A DNA stretch of 54,696 bases from a virus (IMGVR_UViG_3300048598_000478:1-54696); one strand, 5' to 3'; numbered from the stretch's first letter, positions 25,629-35,783 are shown. The notes: generated from the sequence alone by a model not told the origin. Numbers and translations are program-made.

Positions 25629-25726
25629 ATAGGGCATAGAGGCTGGCCGTCCCAGGCCTCATGATGTCCCCCGGAGAATGAGACCATGAAGTAACCCCAT
25701 TCCCCCTTTGACAAGCTGTCGATATC

Positions 25727-25761
25727 GAAAGCCCGGTTCTCCTCCAAGTAGCCGGGCTTTC
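25727..25761 (+). terminator. Second hairpin in the late leader
   Basis: GAAAGCCCGGTT/AGCCGGGCTTTC. Confidence 0.6.
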
Positions 25762-25778
25762 GTGTGTCTGTAGGGTAG

Positions 25779-26174
25779 ATGCCCGTGCGTCCCCCGACAT
25801 TCAGGCCGAAGGGCCAGCGATCAAGGCGTGAGGTCAACACCGATTACGATGATCGGCGCGGCACGGCTCATGAGCGTGGCTATACCTACCGCCTGCGCCA
25901 GCGCATGGCGGCATGGAAGCGAGGTCATCCCCTCTGCCTCGGATGCCAGGCCATAGGCAGGGTCACCGCTACCGAGGTGACCGACCACACCATCCCTCAT
26001 CGGGGCGACCAAGCCCTGCTGCATGACGAAGCCAACTGGCAGCCTGCCTGCAGGCCGCACCATGACGTGGTGAAGCAGCGCCTTGAGGCGCTGTTCAAGG
26101 CAGGCAGCATAGGTGCCGATGCTCTTCGCCTCGATAGCGATCGAGCGATCCAGATGACGATGGAACTCCTCTGA
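25779..26174 (+). CDS. Packaging-associated HNH endonuclease (HK97 gp74-like)
   Basis: HPLCLGC...TDHTIPHRGD...NWQPAC..HH; just upstream of terS. Confidence 0.88.
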   Translation: MPVRPPTFRPKGQRSRREVNTDYDDRRGTAHERGYTYRLRQRMAAWKRGHPLCLGCQAIGRVTATEVTDHTIPHRGDQALLHDEANWQPACRPHHDVVKQRLEALFKAGSIGADALRLDSDRAIQMTMELL

Positions 26175-26272
26175 CCGGGGGGGGGTGGTGAAAAGTCTAC
26201 AGCCTTTTGCGCCGACACCGGTGCCCCCTCAACAAAAACTTTTTCGCGAGTTTTCGAAGGATTTTTTTTCTC
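26175..26272. other. Probable cos packaging region
   Basis: G-run GGGGGGGGGTGGTGAAAAG, then ACCGGTGCCCCC, between HNH and terS as in 3'-cos HK97-like phages. Confidence 0.55.
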
Positions 26273-26842
26273 ATGGGCCGACGCGGACCAAAGCCTCAGC
26301 CCGGTGCGGTGAAGGAGCAGAAGGCTCCCGTTCGCAGCCGGCAGCGCAAGACGATCGCGGCGACGCAGCCCGTGGTCCCGGCGGCGACGGGTGTCGCGCC
26401 GGCATGGCTGAAGGGCGAGGGCTTGAAGATTTTCCAGCGCATGGCACCGCTGCTGCGGACCATGAAGCTGCTGACCGAGGCAGACGTCCCGGCCTTCGCC
26501 CGATACTGCAAGCACTACTCGCGTTGGCTCGAGCTGCAGAAGCGCCTCGACAAGAAAGGCGACATCTACGAGATCGAGACTGCGAGCGGGAAGGTGCGTC
26601 GCGCTGACCCGGCTTTCACGATGGCCGATCGGCTCGATCGCATGATGCTCGCCTTTGAAGATCGCTTCGGCCTGAATCCGGCGGAGCGCCAGCGCATCAT
26701 GGCAGCGCGCGCGAATACCGGCGCCCCCGATCTGTTCGGCGGGGCCTCCGGCAAGGAGCCCGAGCGCCGTCCGGACGATCCAGCGGCTCCGCCGGCGGAG
26801 CCGGCTCAGCCGATCGAAGGCCCGATCGGCCTACTGAACTGA
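26273..26842 (+). CDS. Terminase small subunit (P27 family)
   Basis: MGRRGPKP, APAWL, D..AFARYC, FGLNPAER. Confidence 0.9.
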   Translation: MGRRGPKPQPGAVKEQKAPVRSRQRKTIAATQPVVPAATGVAPAWLKGEGLKIFQRMAPLLRTMKLLTEADVPAFARYCKHYSRWLELQKRLDKKGDIYEIETASGKVRRADPAFTMADRLDRMMLAFEDRFGLNPAERQRIMAARANTGAPDLFGGASGKEPERRPDDPAAPPAEPAQPIEGPIGLLN

Positions 26843-26848
26843 TGGTGC

Positions 26849-28630
26849 ATGTCAGCGAAACGGAAACTGGTGGAGCCGGAGCGCCCGGAGGCGCTGAAGG
26901 CATTCCCGAAAGCTCTTTGGAATCCGGACTTCCGCTTCTGGGTCGCGCCGAAGAAGGCTGCTGACGGCAGCACGGTCCCGGGCTTCTGGATCGTCGGCGC
27001 CTGGTGCGACGGCGAGTTCTGGTATCACGAGACGGCGGCCGACAAGGCCGCGTCGTTCTTTCCGAACCATTTGGTCTTCACCGAAGGGGAGTGGGCCGGC
27101 CGGCCGTTCGTCCTCGAGCCCTGGGAAGAGCACGATATCGTCCGGCCTTTGTTCGGCTGGAAGCGTGCGGACGGGACACGGCGCTTTCGCCGATGCTTTG
27201 TCTGGATCGCGCGCAAGAACGGCAAGACCGAGCTCGCGGCCGGCATCGCACTGCTGATCCTGGTCGGCGATGCCGAAATGGGAGGGCAGGTGTTCTCGAT
27301 CGCCTCGGAAGAGGCGCAGGCCAAGATCGTGTTCACCAAGGCGAGCAACATGGCGGTGCGAACGCCGATGCTCGCCGCCAAGCTCGACTGTCTCGGCAAG
27401 GTCATCTACTGCCCGGAGTTGAACGCATCGTTCCGGCCGCTGTCCGGCAAGCCGAAAGGCAAGCACGGACTGAACATGTCGGGTCTCGTCGGCGACGAGA
27501 TCCACGAATGGCCGACCGGCGATCTCTACACCTTCGTGCATGACTCGTCGGCGGCGCGACGGCAGCCGCTGGAATTCCTGATCTCGACCGCCGGCCAGAA
27601 GGGAACGCACGGCGAAGAGGTCTTCAAGGAATGCCAGGCGATCCTCGCCGGTGATGTCGACGATCCCGACACGATGGTCGTGATCTACGCGCCGGGCGAA
27701 GATGACGACTGGACCAAGGAAGAAACCTGGCGAAAGGCCAACCCGAATTTCGGCAAGTCGGTGAAGGTCGAGCCGTTCATGGCCGACTTCAAGCGGGCGC
27801 GGCAGCTCCCGCGGCTCGAGAACGACTTCAAACGCTACCGGCTGAACATCTGGACCGACCAGGCGGTGCGCTGGCTGCCGATGGACTCGGTCGACGACGA
27901 AGGCCGGAGGTTCGGTTGGGATCACTGCGTAGGCCCGATCCAGTGGAACGATCCGCAATTCGAAGCGCGCTTGCTCGGCAAGCGATGCTTCGGCGGGCTC
28001 GATCTGTCGTCGACGCAGGATTTGTCGGCGCTGCTCTGGTGGTTTCCGGTTCAGGAAGGGCTTGAGGTTCCGGTCGCGCTATGCCGCGCGTACAAGCCAG
28101 CCGATCTGGTGAAGGAGCACGCGAAACGAGATCGCCAGCCCTACGAACGCTGGGTCAAGGAAGGCGCGCTGTTCACGACGCCAGGCAATGTCGTCGATTA
28201 CGGATTCATCGAACGGCAGGTTCTGAACGACGCCACGAAGTTTAGAACTGCTTATTACGGGCAAGCCAAGCGTGAAGCTCACGAGGGTGGCCTCGCGGTC
28301 GACCGTTACAATGCGACCGGCACAATGGTTCGCCTTGAGAACGAAGGAATTGCGGTCGTAGCGTTCGGGCAGGGAATGATTTCGCTGTCAGCTCCGTCGA
28401 AGGAGCTGGAGCGACTCGTGATGGCGAACGGGTTTCATCACGGCGGGCATCCGGTGTTCCGCCGGCATGCCCAGGCAGTCGCGGTCGTCACCGACGATGC
28501 CGAGAACATCAAGCCGACCAAGGCGAAGTCGAACGGCCGGATTGATCTGATCGCAGCGTGCGTGAATGCGCTCGGGATTGCGAGCCAAGGTGAGCCGGTC
28601 GAGATCGATATTGGCGGGATGATTGGCTGA
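26849..28630 (+). CDS. Terminase large subunit
   Basis: ARKNGKT Walker A, VGDEIHE Walker B, GGLDLSS.QDLSA, RIDLIAA. Confidence 0.95.
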   Translation: MSAKRKLVEPERPEALKAFPKALWNPDFRFWVAPKKAADGSTVPGFWIVGAWCDGEFWYHETAADKAASFFPNHLVFTEGEWAGRPFVLEPWEEHDIVRPLFGWKRADGTRRFRRCFVWIARKNGKTELAAGIALLILVGDAEMGGQVFSIASEEAQAKIVFTKASNMAVRTPMLAAKLDCLGKVIYCPELNASFRPLSGKPKGKHGLNMSGLVGDEIHEWPTGDLYTFVHDSSAARRQPLEFLISTAGQKGTHGEEVFKECQAILAGDVDDPDTMVVIYAPGEDDDWTKEETWRKANPNFGKSVKVEPFMADFKRARQLPRLENDFKRYRLNIWTDQAVRWLPMDSVDDEGRRFGWDHCVGPIQWNDPQFEARLLGKRCFGGLDLSSTQDLSALLWWFPVQEGLEVPVALCRAYKPADLVKEHAKRDRQPYERWVKEGALFTTPGNVVDYGFIERQVLNDATKFRTAYYGQAKREAHEGGLAVDRYNATGTMVRLENEGIAVVAFGQGMISLSAPSKELERLVMANGFHHGGHPVFRRHAQAVAVVTDDAENIKPTKAKSNGRIDLIAACVNALGIASQGEPVEIDIGGMIG

Positions 28631-28651
28631 TAGCTGCCGGAGAATTCCGAT

Positions 28652-30547
28652 ATGAAAATGATCTTCAAGACCGTCGCGAGCGACGGGGGGCTGGACTTCG
28701 TCCTCTCGGATGAGACGGTCGACCGCTACGGAGACGTGATCGAAGCCGCGGGCTGGGTTCTCGCGAACTTCAAGAAGAATCCCATCGCGCTGTTCGGTCA
28801 TGACAGCAGGTTCATCGTCGGGACGTGGTCGAACCTGCGCGTCGAGAACAAGCGGCTGATCGGCCGGCTCAATCTTGCGGCGCGCGGCACCAGTGCGCGG
28901 ATCGACGAACTGATCAGCCTGGTCGAGCAGGGAATTCTCCGCGCCGTTTCTGTCGGCTTCTATCCCATGAAGTCGGAGCCGATCGATCCGGAGCGGAAGT
29001 ACGGACCGCAACGCTACACCAAGCAGGAACTGCTCGAGACGTCGCTCGTCTCCGTTCCGGCAAATCCTGCGGCGCTCGCACTCGCGAAGTCGATGAACAT
29101 CTCCGACGAAACACTGTCCCTGGCCTTTGGCGAGCATGCCGATGTGAGGCGCAAGGACGTGACTGCCACCGGCGAGCATGCCGATACGAAGACTGCGATC
29201 GAGAAGGATGCCCGTGCGGCCCTTCTGTCGCGACCCAGGGTGAATACCATGAAGACTGTTTCCCAGCGCCTCGAAGAGGCGCAGCTCAAGCTTGCTGCCA
29301 GGCAGCAGCGGCATGCCGAACTCGTCAACGCCGACGACTTGGATAGCGAGGCGCTCGAATCCGCCACCAGCGAAATCGCAAAGCTCGAAAAGGACGTCGA
29401 AGCCCTGAAGCGCGCGGAGACTGCGGTCGCGAAGGGCGCTGCCGCTCCGGCCATCAATCGCAGGCCGCTCGGCTTCCCGCAGAAGGAAGTCAAGCCGCTC
29501 GATCTGCTGGTCCGCAAGGGCGTCATCTTCGCCGTCGCCAAGTATGGCGAGATGTCGATCGACAAGGCGCTCGACGAGCGTTATCCCGGCCACGAGACCA
29601 CCTCGCTGATCTGCAAGTCGGATGCCCCGCTTGGCACGACGGCCGGATCGCATTTCGTCGACGACCTGCAGCAGGTGAGCTACCAGGGCTTCTTGGACGC
29701 GCTCGACGGGCGTTCGGTGTTCCCGTCGCTGCGTGGAAGTTCGGGCCTGCCGCTGAATTTCGATAACTCGGGCACTGCGTATATTCCCGGGGTGTCGGCC
29801 GGCGGCGCGAATGGGTCCTTCTTTGCGGAAGGCTCGCCCATGCGAGTCGGACGCATCACGACCACGTCGGGCAATATGACCCCGCGAAAGATGGGCGTGA
29901 TCATCCCGTTCTCGCGCGAGGCTGCCAAGCGCAGCACGCCGAATCTCGAGGCGCTGGTTCGTCGCCGGATTCTCGCGGACTCGGCGGCCATCCTCGACTC
30001 GCATCTGCTGGATGCGACCGCTGAGGATTCCGTCCGTCCGGGCGGCCTGCTCTACAACATCTCGGCTGCGGCGAGCGGCTACGGTGGCGGCGATCATGTG
30101 GCGGTGAAGGAGGACTTCAAGGCGCTCCTGGCGCCGTTCATCGCGGCCAAGGCGGCGGGCGGCATCACCGTCATCATGAATCCGTCGCAGGGTCTTTCCA
30201 TCGCCATGATGGATGGGCCGACCAACAATGCGGGTTGGTTCGCTGGCGTGGAAAACCGCGTGACACTCATCGAGTCCGAGCACGCCACGGCCGGCCGCCT
30301 CATCGCGGTTCGGACCGAAGATCTGGCGACCGCGCTTGGTGCGCCGGAATTCGAGGTCAGCACGCAGGCGACCGTCCACATGGAAGACACGACGCCGCTG
30401 GCGATCTCTGCGTCCGGCGCGACGGATGTGACGCCGGTGCGGTCGTTCTTCCAGACCGACTCCATGGGCGTTCGCATGGTGCTGGACACGAACTGGAAGA
30501 TGGTCCGTTCCGGCATGGTGCAGTGGATCGACGGCACCTCCTACTGA
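28652..30547 (+). CDS. Prohead protease-major capsid fusion (HK97 fold)
   Basis: VDRYGD...NPIALFGHD, AVSVGF, LLETSLVSVPANPAAL, coiled coil, capsid C-terminus SFFQTDSMGVR. Confidence 0.92.
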   Translation: MKMIFKTVASDGGLDFVLSDETVDRYGDVIEAAGWVLANFKKNPIALFGHDSRFIVGTWSNLRVENKRLIGRLNLAARGTSARIDELISLVEQGILRAVSVGFYPMKSEPIDPERKYGPQRYTKQELLETSLVSVPANPAALALAKSMNISDETLSLAFGEHADVRRKDVTATGEHADTKTAIEKDARAALLSRPRVNTMKTVSQRLEEAQLKLAARQQRHAELVNADDLDSEALESATSEIAKLEKDVEALKRAETAVAKGAAAPAINRRPLGFPQKEVKPLDLLVRKGVIFAVAKYGEMSIDKALDERYPGHETTSLICKSDAPLGTTAGSHFVDDLQQVSYQGFLDALDGRSVFPSLRGSSGLPLNFDNSGTAYIPGVSAGGANGSFFAEGSPMRVGRITTTSGNMTPRKMGVIIPFSREAAKRSTPNLEALVRRRILADSAAILDSHLLDATAEDSVRPGGLLYNISAAASGYGGGDHVAVKEDFKALLAPFIAAKAAGGITVIMNPSQGLSIAMMDGPTNNAGWFAGVENRVTLIESEHATAGRLIAVRTEDLATALGAPEFEVSTQATVHMEDTTPLAISASGATDVTPVRSFFQTDSMGVRMVLDTNWKMVRSGMVQWIDGTSY

Positions 30548-30567
30548 TCATCCGATCACAAGCATTG

Positions 30568-30597
30568 ACGCGGGGCCAATAACGGCCCCGCGTTTTC
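30568..30597 (+). terminator. Intrinsic terminator after the capsid gene
   Basis: ACGCGGGGCC-AATAAC-GGCCCCGCGT-TTT. Confidence 0.75.
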
Positions 30598-30632
30598 ACC
30601 TTGTCCGGATCAGAGTCCGGGGGAGAAACATC

Positions 30633-31010
30633 ATGGCGCTTCGACGCTTTGTCGTGTCCGCAACCGTTGATGAGGCGGGCGATGCGGAAGTCTACAGCCC
30701 GGTTCTGTCGGGCAAGCTCATCTCAATCCGGTACGTGAAGCCCGGCTCCGGCGGATACACCAACGGTGTCGATTTCGACATCACGGCCGAGGCGTCCGGC
30801 GAGGATCTGTGGGCCGAAGACAATGTGAATGCGTCCGCCACGCGGTATCCGCGAACAGTCATGCAAACCGTAGCCGGCGCGGACTCGCTTTATGCAGCCG
30901 ATGGCGAGGATGTGCTCGGCAAGATCGCGCTGAGTCAGGATCGCGTCAAGATCGTCATCGCCAGCGCCGTCAGCGGAGTTGGCACCTTCCACATCACTGT
31001 CGACGGCTAG
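30633..31010 (+). CDS. Putative virion protein, paralogue 1
   Basis: Beta-rich 125 aa; similar to 31044-31427. Confidence 0.75.
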   Translation: MALRRFVVSATVDEAGDAEVYSPVLSGKLISIRYVKPGSGGYTNGVDFDITAEASGEDLWAEDNVNASATRYPRTVMQTVAGADSLYAADGEDVLGKIALSQDRVKIVIASAVSGVGTFHITVDG

Positions 31011-31043
31011 AGCCCGCATCGGGCTAGAAAGGGAATTACTCCA

Positions 31044-31427
31044 ATGGCCATTCGTAAATTCACGGTGACTCCGGTCACCGGCACCGCCACCGCAACCGCC
31101 TATAGCCCGTATTTCTCGGGCTATATCGAGTCGATCGAATACGTGAAAGACGGCTCTATCCCATACGCGGATGGTGTCGATTTCACCATCACGGCCGACG
31201 TGACCGGGGAGAGCATTCTCAGTCTGACCGATCAGAACTCGTCGGTTGTGAAGCGACCGCGGGCGCCGACGCATTCGGTTGCCGGTGTCGCCGCGGTCTA
31301 CGCCTCCGGCGGAGCGGCGGTGAATGATCGCATCGCTCTCTCGCGCGACCGGGTCAAGGTTGCCATTGCGCAGGGCGGCAACGGCAAGTCCGGCCGATTC
31401 ATCATCACCGTGGATGATGGCCAATGA
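31044..31427 (+). CDS. Putative virion protein, paralogue 2
   Basis: Shares YSP..SG...SI.YVK, GVDF.ITA, IALS.DRVK..IA with paralogue 1. Confidence 0.75.
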   Translation: MAIRKFTVTPVTGTATATAYSPYFSGYIESIEYVKDGSIPYADGVDFTITADVTGESILSLTDQNSSVVKRPRAPTHSVAGVAAVYASGGAAVNDRIALSRDRVKVAIAQGGNGKSGRFIITVDDGQ

Positions 31428-31729
31428 TCGAGACCTGGTACGTGCTCGAGGATGGGTCGGTTGCCCATCCTCGCGATGTGAAGCCAGACGCGAAAGGTGT
31501 CTGGCGACACAAGGACGGCCGCGGCGTTGCGATGCGGCGCCCCACCACGCCGCGCACGCGCAGCGTCGATCTCGACGAAGAGCGTGCGAAGGCCGCAACC
31601 GCTGCAGAGAATGCAGCCACGGCAGCGGCAGCAGAGAAGGCCGCCAAGGCCGCCACTTCAAAGTCGAAAGACATGAAGCCTACCGAGCCCGATCTCGGAT
31701 ACAAGACCCGCGAAACCAAGGCCGACTGA
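31424..31729 (+). CDS. Hypothetical head-region protein
   Basis: 101 aa, ATGA overlap, ends YKTRETKAD. Confidence 0.7.
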   Translation: MIETWYVLEDGSVAHPRDVKPDAKGVWRHKDGRGVAMRRPTTPRTRSVDLDEERAKAATAAENAATAAAAEKAAKAATSKSKDMKPTEPDLGYKTRETKAD

Positions 31730-31736
31730 CTTGGGC

Positions 31737-33092
31737 ATGTTGACCCGAATCTTCGGGGCCAAGGAAAAGTCCGTCGAAGGACAGGTGCGGCCCGGGCCGT
31801 ACCTGCTCGACGGCGGCTGGCTGTCGTCGGCCGCCGGCAAGTATATGAACTGGTGGCAGATGGGCCATTCGCTTTCGCCGTTCGGCGAAAGCGGGGCGAT
31901 GGTCGAAGCATGTGTGTCGGCCTATTCGCAGACGGTTGCGATGTGTCCTGGCGATCACTGGCGTGCGACCGGCGATGGCGGCCGCGCGCGGGTGACGACG
32001 TCCGATCTGGCGCGTATCATACGCAGGCCCAACGACTATCAGTCTATGTCGGATTTCCTGCTCAATCTCACGCGGTCGCTCTATCACCGCGGTGAAGGTT
32101 TTGCCGTGGCGATCCGCAACGGGAAGAACGAAATTGCCGAACTGCACTGGATGCCGCACGGATGGCCCTATGTCGGCGTTGACGGGTCGATCTTCTACCA
32201 TCTGGCCGGAAACGAAATTGCCGAGCGTCGATTCGATCTAACGATCCCGATACCGGCGCGCGATGTGCTGCATGTGCGCTTGCATACGCCGCGCCATCCG
32301 CTCAAGGGCGTGAGCCCGATCCTGGCGGCTGCACTTGAAATGCAGATGTCGGGTGCGGCGCTGAATCAGCAGATCATCTTCTATCTGAACCAGGCGCGCC
32401 CGTCGTTCATGCTGGAAACCGACCAGCAGTTGAACGCGATACAGACTGAAGAGTTGCGCCAGCGCTGGATCAATCAGACGACCGGTGCCAACGCCGGCGG
32501 CACGCCGATCCTTGCATGGGGCCTGAAGGCGAAGCCGGTAACCACGAATGCCAACGATGCGCAGATTGCCGATCTCTTGAAGCTGACAGACCAAAATGTA
32601 GCGCTCGCATTCCGCATGCCGCTGCAGATACTTGGCATTGGCGGAACGCCGTTCGCCTCGACCGAAGCTCTTATGTCGTCGTGGAAGGCGATGGGGCTTG
32701 GCTTCTGTCTCAATCATATCGAGGAAGCATTCGGAATGTTGTTCCGGTTGGATGGCTTCCCTGCCGAGTATGTCGAGTTCGATACCAACGCGCTTCTGCG
32801 GTCGTCGTTCAAGGAAATGATTGATGCTCTTTCGAACGGCACGCGGCGCGTTATGACTCCGAATGAAGGGCGCCGCTATCTCGACCTTCCTGAGAAGGAG
32901 GGAGGAGATCAGCTTTTCGTTCAAATGCAGGACATTCCGCTGAGCATGGCCGGCAAGGTGCAGGCGAAACAGCCGGCACCCACGAACCCTGACGGCGAAG
33001 ACACCGAAAAGCCGGAGGCGGATGCGGATGCCGATGAGCGCGCGTTCCAACAATTCAAGTCTGGCTATGATGGCGAAATCAACGCCGCTTGA
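31737..33092 (+). CDS. Portal protein (HK97 family)
   Basis: VEACV, RRPNDYQS, DVLHVR...GVSPI, NAGG..IL..G, VMTPNEGRRYLDLP...GGDQLF. Confidence 0.92.
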   Translation: MLTRIFGAKEKSVEGQVRPGPYLLDGGWLSSAAGKYMNWWQMGHSLSPFGESGAMVEACVSAYSQTVAMCPGDHWRATGDGGRARVTTSDLARIIRRPNDYQSMSDFLLNLTRSLYHRGEGFAVAIRNGKNEIAELHWMPHGWPYVGVDGSIFYHLAGNEIAERRFDLTIPIPARDVLHVRLHTPRHPLKGVSPILAAALEMQMSGAALNQQIIFYLNQARPSFMLETDQQLNAIQTEELRQRWINQTTGANAGGTPILAWGLKAKPVTTNANDAQIADLLKLTDQNVALAFRMPLQILGIGGTPFASTEALMSSWKAMGLGFCLNHIEEAFGMLFRLDGFPAEYVEFDTNALLRSSFKEMIDALSNGTRRVMTPNEGRRYLDLPEKEGGDQLFVQMQDIPLSMAGKVQAKQPAPTNPDGEDTEKPEADADADERAFQQFKSGYDGEINAA

Positions 33093-33945
33093 TCGCATCG
33101 CGCGCGAGCTCGGTGTCGTCGCCGGCCGCATTGAGCGCGAAGCGAGGCTGCGCCTTGACGCTGCAATTGCAGACCTGCGCCGCATTGATGCGGAGCGGGA
33201 GGTGCGTCTGCAGAATCTTGAGCGCGCGGTCACCGATCGGCTGGCCGTCGTGAAGGATGGTGCGCCCGGTCCGCAGGGCGAGCGCGGTCTCGATGGTGCT
33301 GCTGGACGCGATGGCGTCGACGGCAAGGATGGTGCGCCCGGTCCGCAGGGCGAGCGCGGTCTCGATGGTGCTGCTGGACGCGATGGCGTCGACGGCAAGG
33401 ATGGTGCGCCCGGTCCACAGGGCGAGCGCGGTCTCGATGGTGCTGCTGGACGCGATGGCGTCGACGGCAAGCTTCCGATCGTCCGCGCATGGACAGATCG
33501 CGTGCATCGCGAGGGCGACGTCGTCACGATCAGCGGCGGAACCTGGCAGGCCAATCGCGATACCGGCAAGTCGCCGCCGCATGAAGACTGGAGCTGTCTC
33601 GCGGCGCCTGGCTTGAACGGCAAGGATGGCCGTTCGATCCGCATCCGCGGCACCTATGCCGAAGGTGAGGAATATACGGCGCTGGATCAGGTGACTCTGA
33701 ACGGGGCGTCCTTCACCGCGAGGCGCGACAATCCGGGGGCGTGTCCCGGCGACGGATGGCAGCTCAGCTCCGCGCAAGGCAAGGCCGGCAGGCCCGGCGA
33801 GCGTGGTCCTGTCGGGCCGGCTGGTACTGCTGGCCCGGCCGTGAAGGATATCGCGGTCAACGGCGAGGGGCTTGTCACGCTGACAAACGCGGACGGCTCG
33901 ACGGCGCAAGTCGATCTTTATCCGGTGCTGGCGAAGCTGCAATGA
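33070..33945 (+). CDS. Collagen-repeat head-associated protein
   Basis: G-X-Y repeats; GDVVT..GGTW and QVTLNGASF repeats. Confidence 0.8.
   Translation: MAKSTPLDRIARELGVVAGRIEREARLRLDAAIADLRRIDAEREVRLQNLERAVTDRLAVVKDGAPGPQGERGLDGAAGRDGVDGKDGAPGPQGERGLDGAAGRDGVDGKDGAPGPQGERGLDGAAGRDGVDGKLPIVRAWTDRVHREGDVVTISGGTWQANRDTGKSPPHEDWSCLAAPGLNGKDGRSIRIRGTYAEGEEYTALDQVTLNGASFTARRDNPGACPGDGWQLSSAQGKAGRPGERGPVGPAGTAGPAVKDIAVNGEGLVTLTNADGSTAQVDLYPVLAKLQ
33253..33468 (+). repeat. 3 x 72-bp tandem repeat
   Basis: Units start at 33253, 33325, 33397, each encoding KDGAPGPQGERGLDGAAGRDGVDG; one synonymous difference. Confidence 0.95.
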
Positions 33946-34547
33946 CGTATCTGCCTGTTCGTACCGCGGCGCCCGCCATTCAGCCAGTCTCCTTGGACGA
34001 GGTGAAGGAGTGGGCCGACATCACGTATTACGACAAGGATGCGATGATCGAAGGTTTGATCGCTGCGGCGACGTCGCGCTATGACGGTCCGACCGGCATC
34101 CTCGGAATTTGTCTTGTCGAGCAAAGCTGGCGGCAGGACTATGACGCTTTCAGCCGATGCATGCGACTGCCGTTCGGTCCGGCCATCTCGATCACTGGCA
34201 TCACCTACATCGACGAGTTCGGCGATACCCAGACGGTCAGTGCTGGGCATTACAGCCTGCTCGCTGACAGCCTTGGACCATACGTTAAGTTTCGCGATAC
34301 CTATTCGTTTGCATCTCTTTCCGATGTGCCTGCTGCGGTAAGCATCACGTTTAAATCTGGCTATGCCAACGCGGGGTCGCCAGAAAACCCCAGAAGCACA
34401 GTGCCGGATGGCATTAAACAGATGCTGTTGCTGCTGATCCGGCACTGGTTCGATAATCCTGCTGGCGTTGTGACAGGAACTATCGCCACGCAGATGCCGC
34501 TGTCCGTTCGCTCTCTCGAGGAGCAGTGGAGCAGGATTCGAGTCTGA
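33942..34547 (+). CDS. Head-tail connector (gp6-like)
   Basis: PVSLDEVK...LIAAAT...Q.W.Q, VP..IKQ..LLLI.HWF.N. Confidence 0.88.
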   Translation: MTYLPVRTAAPAIQPVSLDEVKEWADITYYDKDAMIEGLIAAATSRYDGPTGILGICLVEQSWRQDYDAFSRCMRLPFGPAISITGITYIDEFGDTQTVSAGHYSLLADSLGPYVKFRDTYSFASLSDVPAAVSITFKSGYANAGSPENPRSTVPDGIKQMLLLLIRHWFDNPAGVVTGTIATQMPLSVRSLEEQWSRIRV

Positions 34548-34930
34548 TGCAGCGCCGCTACGACCGTCCTATCATCATCCAGCGCAAGAGCGTGACGCAG
34601 TCGAGTTCTGGCGAGGAGATAGCGACCTGGGCCGATCTCGCCTATCGATGCTTTGCTTTCGTGGCGCCGACCAAGGGGAGCGAGCGGTTCACTGCGGCGC
34701 AGGAGGTGGCGCAGCAGGAGGTCACCTTTACGGTGCGATTCCACACCATAGGGTCGGCGTCGCGGCCGCTGCAGCCGGAAGATCGGATCCTCTATCCCGC
34801 CGATGGAATTGCAGCCAACGCGCAGACGCCGGCCACCCATCTGATCCATGACATCGTTTCCGCCGATGTGGTCGGGCGTGATGTTGATCTCTCGATCAAG
34901 ACCATCCGCAGGTCGGATGTGATGGCATGA
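34547..34930 (+). CDS. Head closure / head-tail adaptor
   Basis: I.IQR......GE....W, GSERF.A.Q, FTVRF. Confidence 0.85.
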   Translation: MQRRYDRPIIIQRKSVTQSSSGEEIATWADLAYRCFAFVAPTKGSERFTAAQEVAQQEVTFTVRFHTIGSASRPLQPEDRILYPADGIAANAQTPATHLIHDIVSADVVGRDVDLSIKTIRRSDVMA

Positions 34931-35328
34931 GCCTGAAGGATATCCGGATAGGCTTGCGAGGCTTTGTGCTGGCGAATGGCGCGGTTGCCGCGCTGGTCGG
35001 CACCCGCATGTATCCGGGCAAGCTCCCGCAGGGCGTGACTGGCGCAAGCCTCGTCTACAACGAGATTTCCGGACAGGGCGATCATCACAACGAAGGGGCG
35101 TCCGGCCTTGTGTCCGTCAGAATGCAGATCGGGGCCTGGGCAACGACAGCCGATGCCGCGCACGCGCTGTTCCTTGCAGTGAAGGAAGCCCTCGATGGCT
35201 ACAAGGGATTGATGGGTTCGGTCGCGGTGCAGGGCGTGTTCATCGATAGCTGGCGTGACGTCGACGATACCGAAGCGAACCTGCGCGGGAAGATTGCGGA
35301 TTATTTCATCTGGTATGCGGAGCGCTGA
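34927..35328 (+). CDS. Tail terminator (DUF3168-like)
   Basis: VAALVGTRMYPG.LPQG, VRMQI.AWA. Confidence 0.8.
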   Translation: MSLKDIRIGLRGFVLANGAVAALVGTRMYPGKLPQGVTGASLVYNEISGQGDHHNEGASGLVSVRMQIGAWATTADAAHALFLAVKEALDGYKGLMGSVAVQGVFIDSWRDVDDTEANLRGKIADYFIWYAER

Positions 35329-35783
35329 TGGCCCGCCAGACCTTCAAGATCGAGGGCCTGAAAGAACTCGACGAAGCCTTGAAGGAATTGCCGAAGGCGA
35401 CCGCCCGGAATGTCCTGCTGCGGACGTTGAAAGAGCAGGGACAGCCGATCGCGGATGCCGGTGAAGCCAATGCCCCGCGCTTGAGCGGAAAGCTCGCGGA
35501 TTCCTACACGGTCGGAACCAAGCTCTCGCGCCGCCAGAAAAAGCAGAACAAGAAAGAGTCGATGGTCGAGGTCTATGTCGGGCCGACACCGCACGCGAAA
35601 TCGGTGCAGACCGAATTCGGCAACGCGCACCAAGCGGCGCATCCGCATCTTCGTCCGGCATGGGACGGCAACGTGATGCGGGTGCTGGACGGCATCAATA
35701 GAAGCCTTGCCGAGCAGATCGAAAAGGCAAGGGCGCGTCTCGCACGCAAGGCCGCACGCGAAGCGGCGAAGATGAAATCGTAA
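35328..35783 (+). CDS. HK97 gp10-family protein
   Basis: IEGLKELDEALKEL, APR.SG.L, EFG..H..AHP.LRPAWD. Confidence 0.88.
   Translation: MARQTFKIEGLKELDEALKELPKATARNVLLRTLKEQGQPIADAGEANAPRLSGKLADSYTVGTKLSRRQKKQNKKESMVEVYVGPTPHAKSVQTEFGNAHQAAHPHLRPAWDGNVMRVLDGINRSLAEQIEKARARLARKAAREAAKMKS

Noticed and set aside
28388-30379. Long antisense ORFs opposite capsid (also integrase, terminase, tape measure and tail genes)
   Set aside because: Codon-aligned shadows of GC-rich genes; they show such ORFs can arise by chance, which is a caveat for the IS antisense finding
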